From Eledone cirrhosa (Eukaryota), in assembly GCA_964016885.1 (NCBI GenBank), contig OZ024741.1:404240001-404304000 (forward strand): DNA of 64,000 bases, given 5' to 3'. Shown piece after piece: positions 44,886 through 57,039 of this stretch. The position numbers and the translations under genes are program-made. A model generated the notes under the pieces. The model was not told where the DNA came from. It searched no databases and was given only the letters and a program-made list of their open reading frames with translations. The first letter of the stretch is position 1. Every line of letters starts with the position of its first letter.

Positions 44886-45070
44886 CAAAGGAAATGTGGT
44901 AAGGAAACAGGTGGACCATAACGCACCAGAGTACTCAATACTTAGGGTAGTAGAGTGGGAAATAGGAAAAAGTATGACCCCCGACGGCAGAGCTCAAGCC
45001 GTTTCGACAGCTATTTCTGGACTCGTCGAAACGGCTTGAGCTCTGCCGTCGGGGTCATACTTTTTCCTAT
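44884..45070. mobile_element. Fold-back element family P (copy 2)
   Basis: Same tail as copy 1, and inverted arms ATAGGAAAAAGTATGACCCC..GTTTCGAC / GTCGAAAC..GGGGTCATACTTTTTCCTAT, between (TA)n tracts. Confidence 0.88.
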
Positions 45071-45181
45071 ATATATATATATATATATATATTTATTTAT
45101 TTATTCATTTTTATATGTCATTTTCTGTGAATATATGTATATGTTTATTGTATCTATCTCTATCTATCTATCTGTGTCTCC

Positions 45182-45267
<86 letters not shown>

Positions 45268-45693
45268 TTTTATTTCATTTTCTGCATTTCAATGATCTTC
45301 AAGGAAAGTGTTATGCTGTTTTGGCTGAACAAGATATTATGTAGAGATAATTATATGATACAATATTTAAATTGGATATATGGCAAACAGAAAACATATC
45401 CATTCCGAAGTATTTTTCTTGTTTGTACGTTAATAATTAATAAAGATATTAGCTGACATATAAAAACAGAACTGCCATTTCTTTCATCTACCAGACACAA
45501 AAATACATTTATTTTAATTGGTGAATAAACAAACGAAGCTGGGATATTTAAACATTTTATAGGGCTGTGAACTGAACACAAATGGGGATCGTTTCGTGCC
45601 CGTACACACACGCAAACACACATGAACATAAGAAAACGCACATATATACCTGTTTACTTATATATATATATATACATGTATAAGTATACAAGT

Positions 45694-45760
<67 letters not shown>

Positions 45761-45844
45761 TATGCATATACTTAAACCTTATATTCTTTTCGCGTTCGTA
45801 AATAACGGCATCTGTAAAAAGCCCCTACTCTATGTAAATATATA

Positions 45845-45976
45845 ACGAACGAGTTGTGGTAAGGAACCAGATGGACCATAACGCACCAGAGTACTCAATA
45901 CTTAGGGTATTAGAGTGGGTAATACATATATTACATAACGCACCAGAGTACTCAATACTTAGGGTAGTAGAGTGGG

Positions 45977-45980
<4 letters not shown>
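45845..45980. mobile_element. Family P tail-only fragment with an internal ~45-bp duplication
   Basis: CATAACGCACCAGAGTACTCAATACTTAGGGTA(G/T)TAGAGTGGGTAATA occurs twice. Confidence 0.8.
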
Positions 45981-46034
<54 letters not shown>

Positions 46035-46035
46035 A

Positions 46036-46532
46036 GATAAATCTACCAAAATGTACGGTAGTGTCCAATCCGTATGAAGAACTCAATGTAATCCAAGTAT
46101 CATGAAAAGAGAAGATGTATTCAAAAGTTTTTTTCGATGAAAAACACAGGAAAACAGAGTCAAGATAAATTAATAAAAATAATGAATAAAAACAAAGAAA
46201 CAGTTCCTTATATAAAAAAATTCATCATTTTACGATCGTTTCTAGGATATATATGTGTATGTTGGAATGTATATCATATAGATCTATGTAAAATGTTTAC
46301 AAACTATCAGAGGGAATATACATACCTACACATATATATGCTATCTTCAGAAATAATCAATATTTCTGAAGATAGCATATATATGTGTAGGTATGTATAT
46401 TCCCTCTGATAGTTTGTAAAAATGTTACATAGATCTATATGATATACATTCCAACACACACATATATATCCTGGAAACGATCGTAAAATGATGAATTTTT
46501 TAATATAAGGAACTGTTTCTTTGTTTTTATTC

Positions 46533-46543
<11 letters not shown>
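46036..46543. mobile_element. Fold-back element family W: ~185-bp-arm near-perfect palindrome (loop ATCAA at 46356-46360) plus a left tail
   Basis: 46171-46355 is the reverse complement of 46361-46543 with few mismatches. The ORF track shows the same peptide on both strands. Confidence 0.9.
46362..46489 (+). ncRNA. Hammerhead motif with ~100-nt stem II (family W); mirror copy at 46227-46354 on -
   Basis: AUUU CUGAAGA (46366-72), long hairpin (AUAUAUAUGUGU/ACACAUAUAUAU; AUGUAUAU/AUAUACAU), GAAA (46474-77), CGAUCG UA, AAAU. Stem III is the palindrome ACGAUCGU. Confidence 0.65.
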
Positions 46544-46571
<28 letters not shown>

Positions 46572-46759
46572 CTGTTTCTATTTTAGGCACAAGGCTAGCA
46601 ATTACTCAGTACATTACTGGTACTTTCTTTTATCGACCCAGTAAGGATGAAAGGCAAAGTTAACCTCGGCGGGATTTGAACTCAGATCATAAAGGGACGT
46701 AACTCTATGCTTCAAAGCATGGTGTCCGACTCTCTACCGATTCTGCCAATCCACCGCCC
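46572..46759 (-). mobile_element. SINE family A, full length
   Basis: The - strand head GGCGGTGGATTGGCAGAATCGGTAGAG, B box, core and tail are all present. Confidence 0.92.
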
Positions 46760-46768
46760 TATATATGA

Positions 46769-47809
46769 ATTAGTTTTGCGAGGTTTTTGATATGAAATCG
46801 TGTGTCGAAAGAAATATTGTTATACTTGGGGAGGGTCATATTTGTGTAATAATATTGCCAGAATTAATAACAGAACACACTCACTGTTTGGTTGGTTTTC
46901 GCTTCTTTGTCTTTTATATCGGTTAAGTTAATTCATTCAGTCCTCAATGTTGCCATTGACTGACCAACGGTCAAAAATACAGATACAATATAGACACAAA
47001 CACATATATATAGTCTATCAAAGTTCCTTCGTTGCACATCTGCAACATCGTCAGTGGTGCTATTATGTGTCCTCCCGTTGTATTGTATGCCTACGCCATC
47101 TTTATTTTCGTCTGTTTATTTATTTATTTATTTGTTTATTTTTTTATCTTCTCTGCGCATGCGTTTGCGTGTGTGTATAGTGTTTTGTTTGATGTATGTT
47201 CTTGTATGTATTTATTTATTTAATTAATAAATAAAAAAAAAATAAAAAAAAAATAAAAAAATAAAATAAAATAAAAATAAATAAAAAAAAAATTAATGAA
47301 TAAATACATACACAAGCACAATAACAACAAACACATAAACACACACTAGTCACCCAATCACGAACACACCACACATCAAACAAAACACTATACACACACG
47401 CAAACGCATGCGCAAAGAAGACAAAATAAAATAAACAAACAAGCAAATAAATAAATAAATATATAGACAGACTGAATAAAAATGGCGTAGACATACAATG
47501 CAACGGGAGGAAACAATAGCACCACTGACGATGTTGCAGATGTGCAACGAAAGATTTATGATAAACTATATATATGTGTTTGTGTCTATATTGTATCTGT
47601 ATTATTTTTGACCGTCGGTCAGTCAATGGCAACATTGAGGACCGAGTAAATTAGATTACCGATATAAAAGACACAGAAGCGAAAAGCGAAAACCAACCAA
47701 ACAGTGAGTGTGTTCTGCTATTAATTCTGGCAATATTACACAAATATGACCCTCCCCAAGTATAACAATATTTATTTCGACACACTATTTCATATAAAAA
47801 ACCTCGCAA

Positions 47810-47813
<4 letters not shown>
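46769..47813. mobile_element. Fold-back Penelope-like element family S with ~450-500-bp diverged inverted arms
   Basis: 46769-47220 versus 47280-47813 (TAGTTTTGCGAGGTTTTT... / ...AAAAACCTCGCAAAACTA). The ORF track gives near-identical peptides on opposite strands. Confidence 0.85.
47521..47562 (+). ncRNA. Hammerhead motif family S (mirror at 47017-47058 on -)
   Basis: ACCA CUGACGA U GUUGCA GAUG UGCAAC GAAA GAUU UA UGAU. Stem II covaries with the copy at 37633-37675. Confidence 0.62.
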
Positions 47814-47882
<69 letters not shown>

Positions 47883-47883
<1 letters not shown>

Positions 47884-48351
47884 TTCTACTCTAACCATAA
47901 TTTTCAGTAGTATCAACCCACATAAATTCCTCAATTTAAGAATGACCTGTACTGTAGTATCGAATTTCATACTATAAACCTCAATTGAATATATATCTGA
48001 CCAGGAATGCTTTTTGTGAAAATCAATCATATGGAATTATTGTCATCTTGCCTGACGGTTTGAACTTTACAACATCACCTGCCTCTTTGAGGTCAAATAC
48101 CAACCCTACTACCATATACAAACTGACCAATGAGAATTAAGATTATTCCTCCTGACGACATTAAATTATCCCTAACAAGCTGATATGTCCCAAGGCTCTG
48201 ATACCATCAACACCATAAATACAGAACTGGCATATCTAAGAACTGACTAACTGCCTGATGAGGTCATAGCCATTCAATGGCTATCATCGAAATATATATA
48301 GCAGTAAATAAAGGATAATCAGTTCATGCAATTGACTTATGTTTCGTCACT
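47883..48351 (+). mobile_element. Penelope-like repeat family X (copy 1), flanked by (TA)n
   Basis: ~470 bp that is the reverse complement of 58728-59192. Contains a hammerhead motif. Confidence 0.85.
48250..48305 (+). ncRNA. Minimal hammerhead ribozyme motif (family X)
   Basis: ACUGC CUGAUGA GGUCAUAGCCAU UCA AUGGCUAUCAUC GAAA UAUAUA UA GCAGU. Perfect 5-bp stem I and 11-bp stem II. Confidence 0.82.
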
Positions 48352-48412
48352 ATATATATATATATTAGTGAAAAAGAACAAAGGAACTATTATGACATTA
48401 TAACGAGTTTAT

Positions 48413-48459
48413 TACCGACAGCCGTTTCGTCCGACCATACGGTGGGACTTTTCAAGGCA
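48413..48459 (-). ncRNA. Hammerhead ribozyme with U3-A8 core (family Y, left arm)
   Basis: - strand: UGCC UUGAAAA GUCC CACCGUAUGGUC GGAC GAAA CGGCUG UC GGUA. Confidence 0.75.
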
Positions 48460-49681
48460 TATAACATGTGATTGTAGGATCATTATTTACATCAACGTAT
48501 CACTCAAGGCTAGCAGTTTGAAATTGTGGTATACATCAATTGTTAATTAATTGTTTGTTAACTAGGCAGGAATATACCATTATGTCTGTGTTAATCCTAT
48601 GTGTTACTGTATGTGTGTAAAGTATCCGAGCGCGGGATATCCCTGAGCTAATTTTGCCTGACTGTTAATAGTGTATTGAGTACTGGTTAATTAGGCAGGA
48701 ATATATTATATATTATTGTCTTTGTTAATCCTGTATCAATAATTTTATGATAATTGTTTGTGATAATACATTGTTAGATTACTGAAGCTACCTTATACCT
48801 TCTTAAAAATACATGTTATAATTATTGTCTTTTTGCTTATGTATTTTCTTATTTACCACTTTCTTTAATCTTGCCCAACTTGATACACTCTTTGAATTGC
48901 TCCCTAATTAAATTACTTAAATTACTTAAATTATTGTATCTATTATGCCTAAGTTGTATCTGTTGAAGCAGCCCTTTGAAAATTCCTCGGATATCCCAAA
49001 TACCGTAATGTTTAACTTTTAATGTATAATTTTCCTCAATTCGTTTTTATATATATCCTTAAAGGCTCTCTAAAATTTTAATTCTTCGAAGGGTCTCTCG
49101 GAGGAAGTTCCTATTAAAAATATTAAAGGAGCCTTTTCTGAGAGATTTATAGAAGGTTCTTTGAATTAACCTTTAAGTGATTAGTTTCTTTCAACTTAGT
49201 AGGGAATATCAAAACTCCGTAAGTTTTCAGAAATTTGTAAACGTGATCTCGGGGGAAGAAAGTTTTTTTCTTTGGGAAAAAAATTTTTTTCTCTCGAAGG
49301 AATTTCATAGGAAACTCTATATTTTTTAGGGAAACTTTATATTTTTATTTTTTATTTTATTAGCCTCTTAATTTCTTCTAGTTTATTAGGCTTATTGGAG
49401 CCTGTAAGCTTTATGCACTTATTGAGGGATTTTTTAAGGTGCTTCTACGGGATCCCAAGTCTTTTAGTTTACTGTTAATGCGTAAATTATGTATTATCTA
49501 AATTATATATTATCTAATTTTTAACCTTCAATCCCTGACCCCGACAACTAATATAAAAGAGCCCCCTTAGAATATAGACCCCAACTATACAAGCGGAGCT
49601 GCTGATGTATACAACAATTTCAAACTGCTAGCCTTGAGTGATACGTTGATGTAAACAATGATCCTACAATCACATGTTATA

Positions 49682-49725
49682 TGCCTTGAAAAGTCCCACC
49701 ATATTGGACGAAACGGCTGTCGGCA
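49682..49725 (+). ncRNA. Hammerhead ribozyme with U3-A8 core (family Y, right arm)
   Basis: UGCC UUGAAAA GUCC CACCAUAUU GGAC GAAA CGGCUG UC GGCA. Canonical GUC triplet at 49719-49721. Confidence 0.8.
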
Positions 49726-49887
49726 ATAAACTTGTTATAATGTCATAGTAGTTCCTTTGTTCTTTTTCACTAATATTTCTGCTCTGCGTATACGCATAGA
49801 GCTTAACTAGCTACCGTCACATATTTGGTAGGTCAGACGTGATCATCGCGATTCACATACGACCTACCATACATCTTGCTTATATAT

Positions 49888-50555
<668 letters not shown>

Positions 50556-50601
50556 TATGCGAGGGTGTTGTGTGTGTCTTGTGTGGGTGCGTTTTTGTGT
50601 A

Positions 50602-51496
50602 CGAGGTGTGTCAGAAAAGTTCCAGGTCTGATGTCACAAAAAATTTATTTGAAACCCAAACTTCACACTAAGAGCTTTCTCCTTCAAAGTACTACCCCTG
50701 GAGTATGTAACTGTAATCTTAGCTCTCTGCAGCGATCAAACATTTTTCTTCATAATTTTATATACATGTCATCTGTTTCAGGTCGTCAAGCAATGAGCAC
50801 AGAGCAACGAACAAACTTGAAAACTCCGTCAGAAGCACTAGGATTGCTGCAGCAAATGTATGGAGATGAGACGATGTCACACTCACGTGTTTTTGAGTGG
50901 TGCAAGAGGTTTAAAGAAGGACGCGAGGACGTGGAAGATGACCCCAGGAGCGGAAGGCCCTCAACAACCAGGACTGAGGTCAACGTTGAGCGTGTCAGGC
51001 AGATGGTGCGTAGCGATCGTTGGCTAACTGTTCGATTGATGGCAAATAAGTTGGGCATGAATCGGGACAGCGTCTGGAAGGTTCTCACTGAAGATTTGGA
51101 CATGCGGAAAGTCTGCGCGAAGATGGTGCCAAAACTGCTGAACGATGACCAGAAGGGTCGACGCATGCAAGTGTGCCAGAACATCCTCGAGCGTCTTGAA
51201 ACCGAACCAGACTTGCTAGGGACAGCCATCACTGGTGATGAGTCATGGATCTTCGAGTACCACCCGGAGGGGACCAGTTTTGAAGACGTGGACGATATCA
51301 AAAAGACCGTGACGACGGAACTGCGGAGGATCCCGGAAGAATCCTTCCAGGAGTGCATGCAAGCGTGGCAGAAAAGGATGGAAAAGTGCATTAGACGCCA
51401 GGGGGATTATTTGAAGGAGAAAACTCTTAGTGTGAAGTTTGGGTTTGAAATAAATCTTTTGTGACATCAGTCCTGGAACTTTTCTGACACACCTCG
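50602..51496 (+). mobile_element. Internally deleted mariner (Tc1/mariner) DNA transposon
   Basis: TA target duplications at 50600-01 and 51497-98. Terminal inverted repeats of ~90-100 bp start CGAGGTGTGTCAGAAAAGTTCCAGG. Encodes a transposase remnant. Confidence 0.96.
50793..51464 (+). pseudogene. Mariner transposase, 223-aa ORF with most of the catalytic domain deleted in frame
   Basis: Contains the HTH region (YGDETMSHSRVFEWCKRFKEGREDVEDDPRSGRPST), linker KMVPKLL (WVPHEL-like) and ITGDESWIFEY (first Asp). It then jumps at ~51270 to the C-terminal FEDVDDIK...WQKRMEKCI...GDY. The HDNA and YSPDLAPCD motifs are absent. Confidence 0.9.
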
Positions 51497-51689
51497 TATA
51501 TAATATATAAACATATGTCTCTGAATATGTGTATATGTATATAATATTAATATCTAGGTTTCAAATAATGCTGCAAATATATTATTAATTTATTGTGGGG
51601 TGGGGGAATATAACTGATTAATTCATTTCTATCACTGACATTAATTGTTACCGATTACTAAATATATTTTAACTTATTCTATTGATTAA

Positions 51690-52230
51690 ATAATTGTTTT
51701 CTACTTTTGCCACAAGGCCAGCAATTATCCCAGTGTATTACTAGTACTTTATTTTATCAACCCCGTAATGATGATAGGTAAAGTTAACCTCGGCGGGATT
51801 TGAACTCAGATCATAAAGGGACGTAACTCTATGCTTCAAAGCATGGCCTCCGACTTTCTACCGATACTGCCAATCCACCGACCTTAATAATTGTTTCTAC
51901 TTTTGGCACAAGTCCAGCAATTATCCCAGTGCATTACTGGTACTTTATTTTATCGACCCCGTAAGGATGAAAGGCAAAGTAAAGCTCGGCGGGATTTGAA
52001 CTCAGAATGGCAAGGGCCGTAACTCTATGCGTCAAAGCATTAATAATTGTTTCTACTTTAGGCACAATGCCAGCAATTACCCAGTGCATTACTGGTACTT
52101 TATTTTCTCGACCCCGTAAGGATGAAAGGCAAAGTCAACCTCGGCGGGATTTCAACTCAGATCGTAAAGGGACGTAACTATGCTGGAAAGTATGGCGTCC
52201 GACGCTCTACTGATACTGCCAATCCACCGT
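51690..52230 (-). mobile_element. Three head-to-tail SINE family A copies (51690-51882, 51886-52040, 52041-52230)
   Basis: Each starts ATAATTGTTTCTACTTT on +. The middle copy lacks the head. Confidence 0.92.
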
Positions 52231-52744
52231 CAAAGCATTAATCATGAAATGTAATTTGACTCCAGCGTGGTTTTAACAAAGTCATTCTTAATAAGGTCTA
52301 ACATGAGAAAATACGTGATTAGGCTGGTCTTCTGAATTATAGATAAAGTCTATAGGAAGGACCTTTAAGTAATGTCTTTCAATTAAATTTCGCTCATAAG
52401 GCTTGGATCCCCTAATGATTATTGTAAAGTAGTAGGCGGAAACTAGCCGAAACTGGCGACCAGGCATTCGGACAGCATGTCGTTAGAGGAAGAATTCTTT
52501 CTAAGCATGTCTTTGATTCCTCCTTTAAGCTTCAAAGAATATCGCAAAAGTTATCTATTTCAAATGCCATGAAGTGTAATCGAAATTAGTAGCTTTTGAT
52601 TGTGAAGCCAACTCCGAATCACCATAATACTTCTTACGAGAATGTACACCATAAAAAGACGTTATAACGATAGAACCAAAAGTATACCTTGGCTAATTCG
52701 TAGAAAGTCTAAAGTGTGTCTCGATTTCGGAGGATCATCAAGCC

Positions 52745-52986
52745 GGTGCTTATCCCATTTTCCGCGGCTTTAAGCAACTGAACGTACCAGACTCCCTGCT
52801 GGATAGAACGCTAGTTCATCACAAAATTAACCTCCCCAGCTACGGCTGGTACTCATTTGCTACTGAGTAAACCGGAGCAACGTGAAAATGAAGAGTTTTG
52901 CTCATGAACACAACACACAAAGCTGTCCAGGAATCGAACGCACGACATTATGATGGTAAGTCCAACACCCTTACCACTAGGCCACT
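52745..52986 (-). mobile_element. Second tRNA-derived SINE family (B), CORE-like
   Basis: - strand: A box GTGGCCTAGTGGT and B box GTTCGATTCC, then TGTGTTCATGAGCAAAACTCTT...AAATGAGTACCAG. A related 3' fragment may lie near 42815-42856. Confidence 0.75.
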
Positions 52987-53623
52987 TGCCTTCCTAGTCT
53001 TTTTGCAGATATACCATATTCTGAAGCTGCTTTTATAAAACCGGATCCTGTCATTGTATTTATTCGTAGGTAAAGCTCTAAGACCTGGCCATTTAATTAC
53101 AGTCATATCAGAACGTTTGAACAATATCCTCTCTTTAAACTGGAAATGCAATAGCAACATTACTATAGAAATGCGAACAACCTGTAATCCACTTATACAA
53201 GCATCAGTAAAACAGTCATCCATCACATATGTCAGGCTGGTGCTCTACAATTTAAAGTGTTTATTTACAGCTTTGCCACATTGTTACTACTATTGCTTCT
53301 GCTGTTGTTGTTGTTGTTGCTTGTTTGGGGGATTTTATAGTTTTTTTGTTGTTTAGTCGCATATCAACTCTGTTCAAACAAATTTGTGATAAAAGACATT
53401 CCAGCAATGGCCATAAATCTTTTTTAATGTATTGTGTATCACAGGATACACAATCCAATGTGCCCTTTATTTCAGAATGTGTGTTGTGCTTTGGGAGAGG
53501 TTTGTTATTTCTAACAGGTCGAGCAGGCATATAATGGCTCCCTTGTTTGATCAACAGACATCAGGTTGAAGTATTTCTCATTGTTATCAGAACCAAGTGT
53601 CCTCTTCCCTCTCCAAGCCTCAT

Positions 53624-53923
53624 AATAATTGTTTCTACATGTGACACACGGCAAGCAAATTATCCAGTACATTACTGGTATTTTATTTTATCGACCTCGT
53701 AAGGAGGAAAGTCGAAGCTAACCTTGGCAATAATAATTGTTTCTACCTTTGGCACAAGGCCAGCAATTATCCCAGTGCATTACTAGAACTTTATTTTATC
53801 GATCCCCGTAAGGATGAAAGGCAAATTAACCTCGGCGGGATTTGAGCTCAGTCCGTAAAGGGACGGAACTGTGTTGCAAAGCATGGCGTCCGACCCTCTA
53901 CCGATACTGCCAATCCACCGCCT
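53624..53923 (-). mobile_element. SINE family A: partial copy (53624-53728) plus full copy (53730-53923)
   Basis: Same tail, core, B box and head as the other copies. Confidence 0.9.
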
Positions 53924-54648
53924 CTTAATATTAATTGCAGCTCTGAAAACTTTGTTTAGGATGCGTAGAATATTACCACACAACTGCATACTTTGGAAAT
54001 ATTTCAGCAAAGACAAATTACGTGTGTGCTTAGATCAATATCGTGAGACATAAAACAAAGAGTTTGTTTTTAAAATAAATAAACAAATAAACAAATAAAT
54101 ATACAAATAAATGAATAAACAGATAAACAGCTAAACAAAATAATATAAAGGGAAAATGGTCAGAATTCAACCTTTATGATGAAGGGGTACACTGCCTCAT
54201 TGATATATTGATTGCTGGTTATTAGTTCCAAATTATACGAATTACGAAGATCGGACTCAATAATTATTTTGAAATGCAATGTTACCACAAATTTATCAGA
54301 TATTCAATAACAAACCAAAAACAAAGACATGCATGTAATGTTATTAATAATGAACAATCTATAGATTTCCACATCAGGATTACACATATATGAAATATAG
54401 AATAAAATATTCTCTATAAATTATGAAGTAAGAAATACAGAGAGAGAGAGACTTAAACCTTGTTGAACAATCAGAACGAGTATCGTTATTCTACTTTTAG
54501 AATTTATGTGATTTGGATAATTATTGTTTGAATAAAATTACATTAATAAGAAATCAAAATGTCTCATGCAGCTTCTATTTCAGACTGCACTTATTTCTGT
54601 ATGCATATATAAACAGGTAGGTATGTAGCAATGAATCTCTGTTTCTGT

Positions 54649-54759
<111 letters not shown>

Positions 54760-54771
54760 AAAGTGAGTCAC

Positions 54772-54990
54772 GGATTCAATCGGGAGTAACCATAGGAAGT
54801 AAGGTACTCAATAGTTGGGTAGAGTGTAAGCATAAGGTTTAATATAGAAATGACTTCTACAGAACTAGAATTGTTTCGTTCGTTTGAATGAAACAATTCT
54901 AGTCCTGAAGAAGCCATCTCTATATTAAATATTTATACTCTGCTATGTATTGAGTAGCATACTTACTGTGGCTACCCCTGATTGAATCGG
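54772..54990. mobile_element. Fold-back element family Q, centred at ~54882
   Basis: GATTCAATC...CTAGAATTGTTTCGTTCG TT TGAATGAAACAATTCTAG...GATTGAATC. The flanks (TA)n(GT)n and (CA)n(TA)n also mirror each other. Confidence 0.8.
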
Positions 54991-55006
54991 ACAAACACAT
55001 ACATAC

Positions 55007-55135
<129 letters not shown>

Positions 55136-55417
55136 TTGGCGCTCTGAAATAGCTATGTATATATGAATGTATATATAGTGTATTTTGCAATACACTGTAT
55201 GCTTAATTAAAAGCATTTCGAAGACCTTACGCTATTGTTTTAGAGTAGTGACAGTCTCACTTACTTTAAATTTTCACCAAACAGGGGGAGATAAAGCTGA
55301 CAGAGCTATGTTTCGTAATGATTGGTACTTATCAAAGCCAAGTACCCCACCTGTTTGCTGAAAATCATGAATGTTTGAATCTTATAGAATTTCTAGATTC
55401 GTATAAGTTTGACGCCT

Positions 55418-55599
55418 GAGAGAAAATAGTACTCAATACCGGAGAAGTGTTTTGATATTCAATTTAAGAAGGCTAAATAATAAATCTTGTTACTCTGGAG
55501 TTTCGTTTGTTCATCATCATACAAGTTCTTGTCTGAAGACCCTGTGATAAACAGGCGAAACACCAGAGTAACAAAACTCACTATTTAGATTTATTAAAA

Positions 55600-55605
<6 letters not shown>
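55418..55605. mobile_element. Fold-back element family R
   Basis: TTGTTACTCTGGAGTTTCG (55487-55505) is inverted to CGAAACACCAGAGTAACAA (55556-55574). The element ends in (TA)n. Confidence 0.7.
55525..55577 (+). ncRNA. Hammerhead motif (family R)
   Basis: GUUCUUGU CUGAAGA C CCUGU GAUAA ACAGG C GAAA CACCAGAG UA ACAAAAC. The mirror arm restores stem III as CUC/GAG; triplet GUA; 10.1-11.1 is mismatched in this copy. Confidence 0.68.
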
Positions 55606-55637
<32 letters not shown>

Positions 55638-55710
55638 TGTGTGGGTGTGTCTGAATATGTGTGTACAAGCGTTTGTGTGTACGTATGTGTACACACACAT
55701 ATATATATAT

Positions 55711-55909
55711 AACGAAGGAAATGTGGTAAGGAACCAGGTGGACCATAACGCACCAAAGTACTCAATACTTAGTGTAGTAGAGTGGGTAATAGGAACGAGT
55801 AGGACCCCGACGGCTGAGCTCAAGCCGTTTCGACGGCTAATTCTGGACTTCTGAGTCCAGAATTAGCCGTCGAAACGGCTTGAGCTCAGCCGTCGGGATC
55901 CTACTCGTT

Positions 55910-55914
<5 letters not shown>
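55711..55914. mobile_element. Fold-back element family P (copy 3): 61-bp arms, 4-nt loop at 55850-55853
   Basis: 55789-55849 versus 55854-55914, with one mismatch. Other P fragments lie at 37960-38025 and 56275-56335. Confidence 0.9.
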
Positions 55915-55971
<57 letters not shown>

Positions 55972-56330
55972 AAGTTTAAGCAAAGAATCACTGCTTTCAC
56001 CCTTAGCGGGATATTCTGAAACTAAAAAAATCAATCTGTGAACGCAGAAGTAAATATTTCGAAAAACATTGCAACCGAAGGACGACAGGAAGACGATACT
56101 TTGGCCCGTGGAAACGTTCCCTGGCAAAGAATGGAAAAAAACGAAGATAATATATATACACTTATTTGTGTTTACAACACATTTTAACCAATTCTCTTGA
56201 CAACTACAATCTTCCCATATAAGGAAGTACCCCCTTGACAAGTTCGGCTATTTATTCACCAGGCTAAAAATTCTAATTTAGTCCAGAAATAGCCGTCGAA
56301 ACGGCTTCAGCTCTATGAAAAGTCATACTT

Positions 56331-56432
<102 letters not shown>

Positions 56433-57039
56433 TGACATATAGACTAAATCGTCATTTTGACGGTCTCATAGGTTTAAATCCGTCCGATTTATAAAAGGCA
56501 TACAATAACCATTTATTTTTAATGTACGAAAACTCTTTAATACGATATACACTACTGTATCATATAAATGTATTAAAATATAATAGAGGAATGCAATTTT
56601 CATATCTCTATTTTGATATCATAGTTGAAGTATATGTTGTAACAATAGTGTTGTAACAGTAGTATGTATGTAATTAGTGAATGTGATGGTGAATAGGAGT
56701 CGCTTTCTGATTCGTCTGAAATATGTATAATTGGTGTCTAGTATCCTGTTCATCTGTACATCATTAAGATGTACATTCTGTTGGAGGTTGAGTATATGTA
56801 GGAGTGGTGAGATTAGCTTTATGAACCTATCTAGCTTCAGTTGTTTGCATCTATAGATTTATTTATTAATTATGACTGCTAGGAAGTATGGAAAATATTC
56901 ATAGTAAGGGACAATATCACAATCATAATATTGTAGTCTTGGCAATGGTTGTGGGATTTCTCATGTCGGACACTTTTAGCTATTTTGGTGTGACTTTCTT
57001 TCTCACAATATTTCATTTGTTTGCTGCCTTCCTATATAG

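Larger units (their letters stand above)
48362..49880. mobile_element. Fold-back Penelope-like element family Y: ~180-bp inverted arms around a ~1.06-kb AT-rich spacer, right arm with a ~105-bp tail
   Basis: 48362-48540 versus 49600-49776 inverted, with (TA)n on both sides. No ORF is recognisable in the spacer. Confidence 0.85.

Noticed and set aside
50786-51467. Minus-strand ORFs over the mariner
   Set aside because: They are antisense shadows of the transposase and of TIR symmetry.
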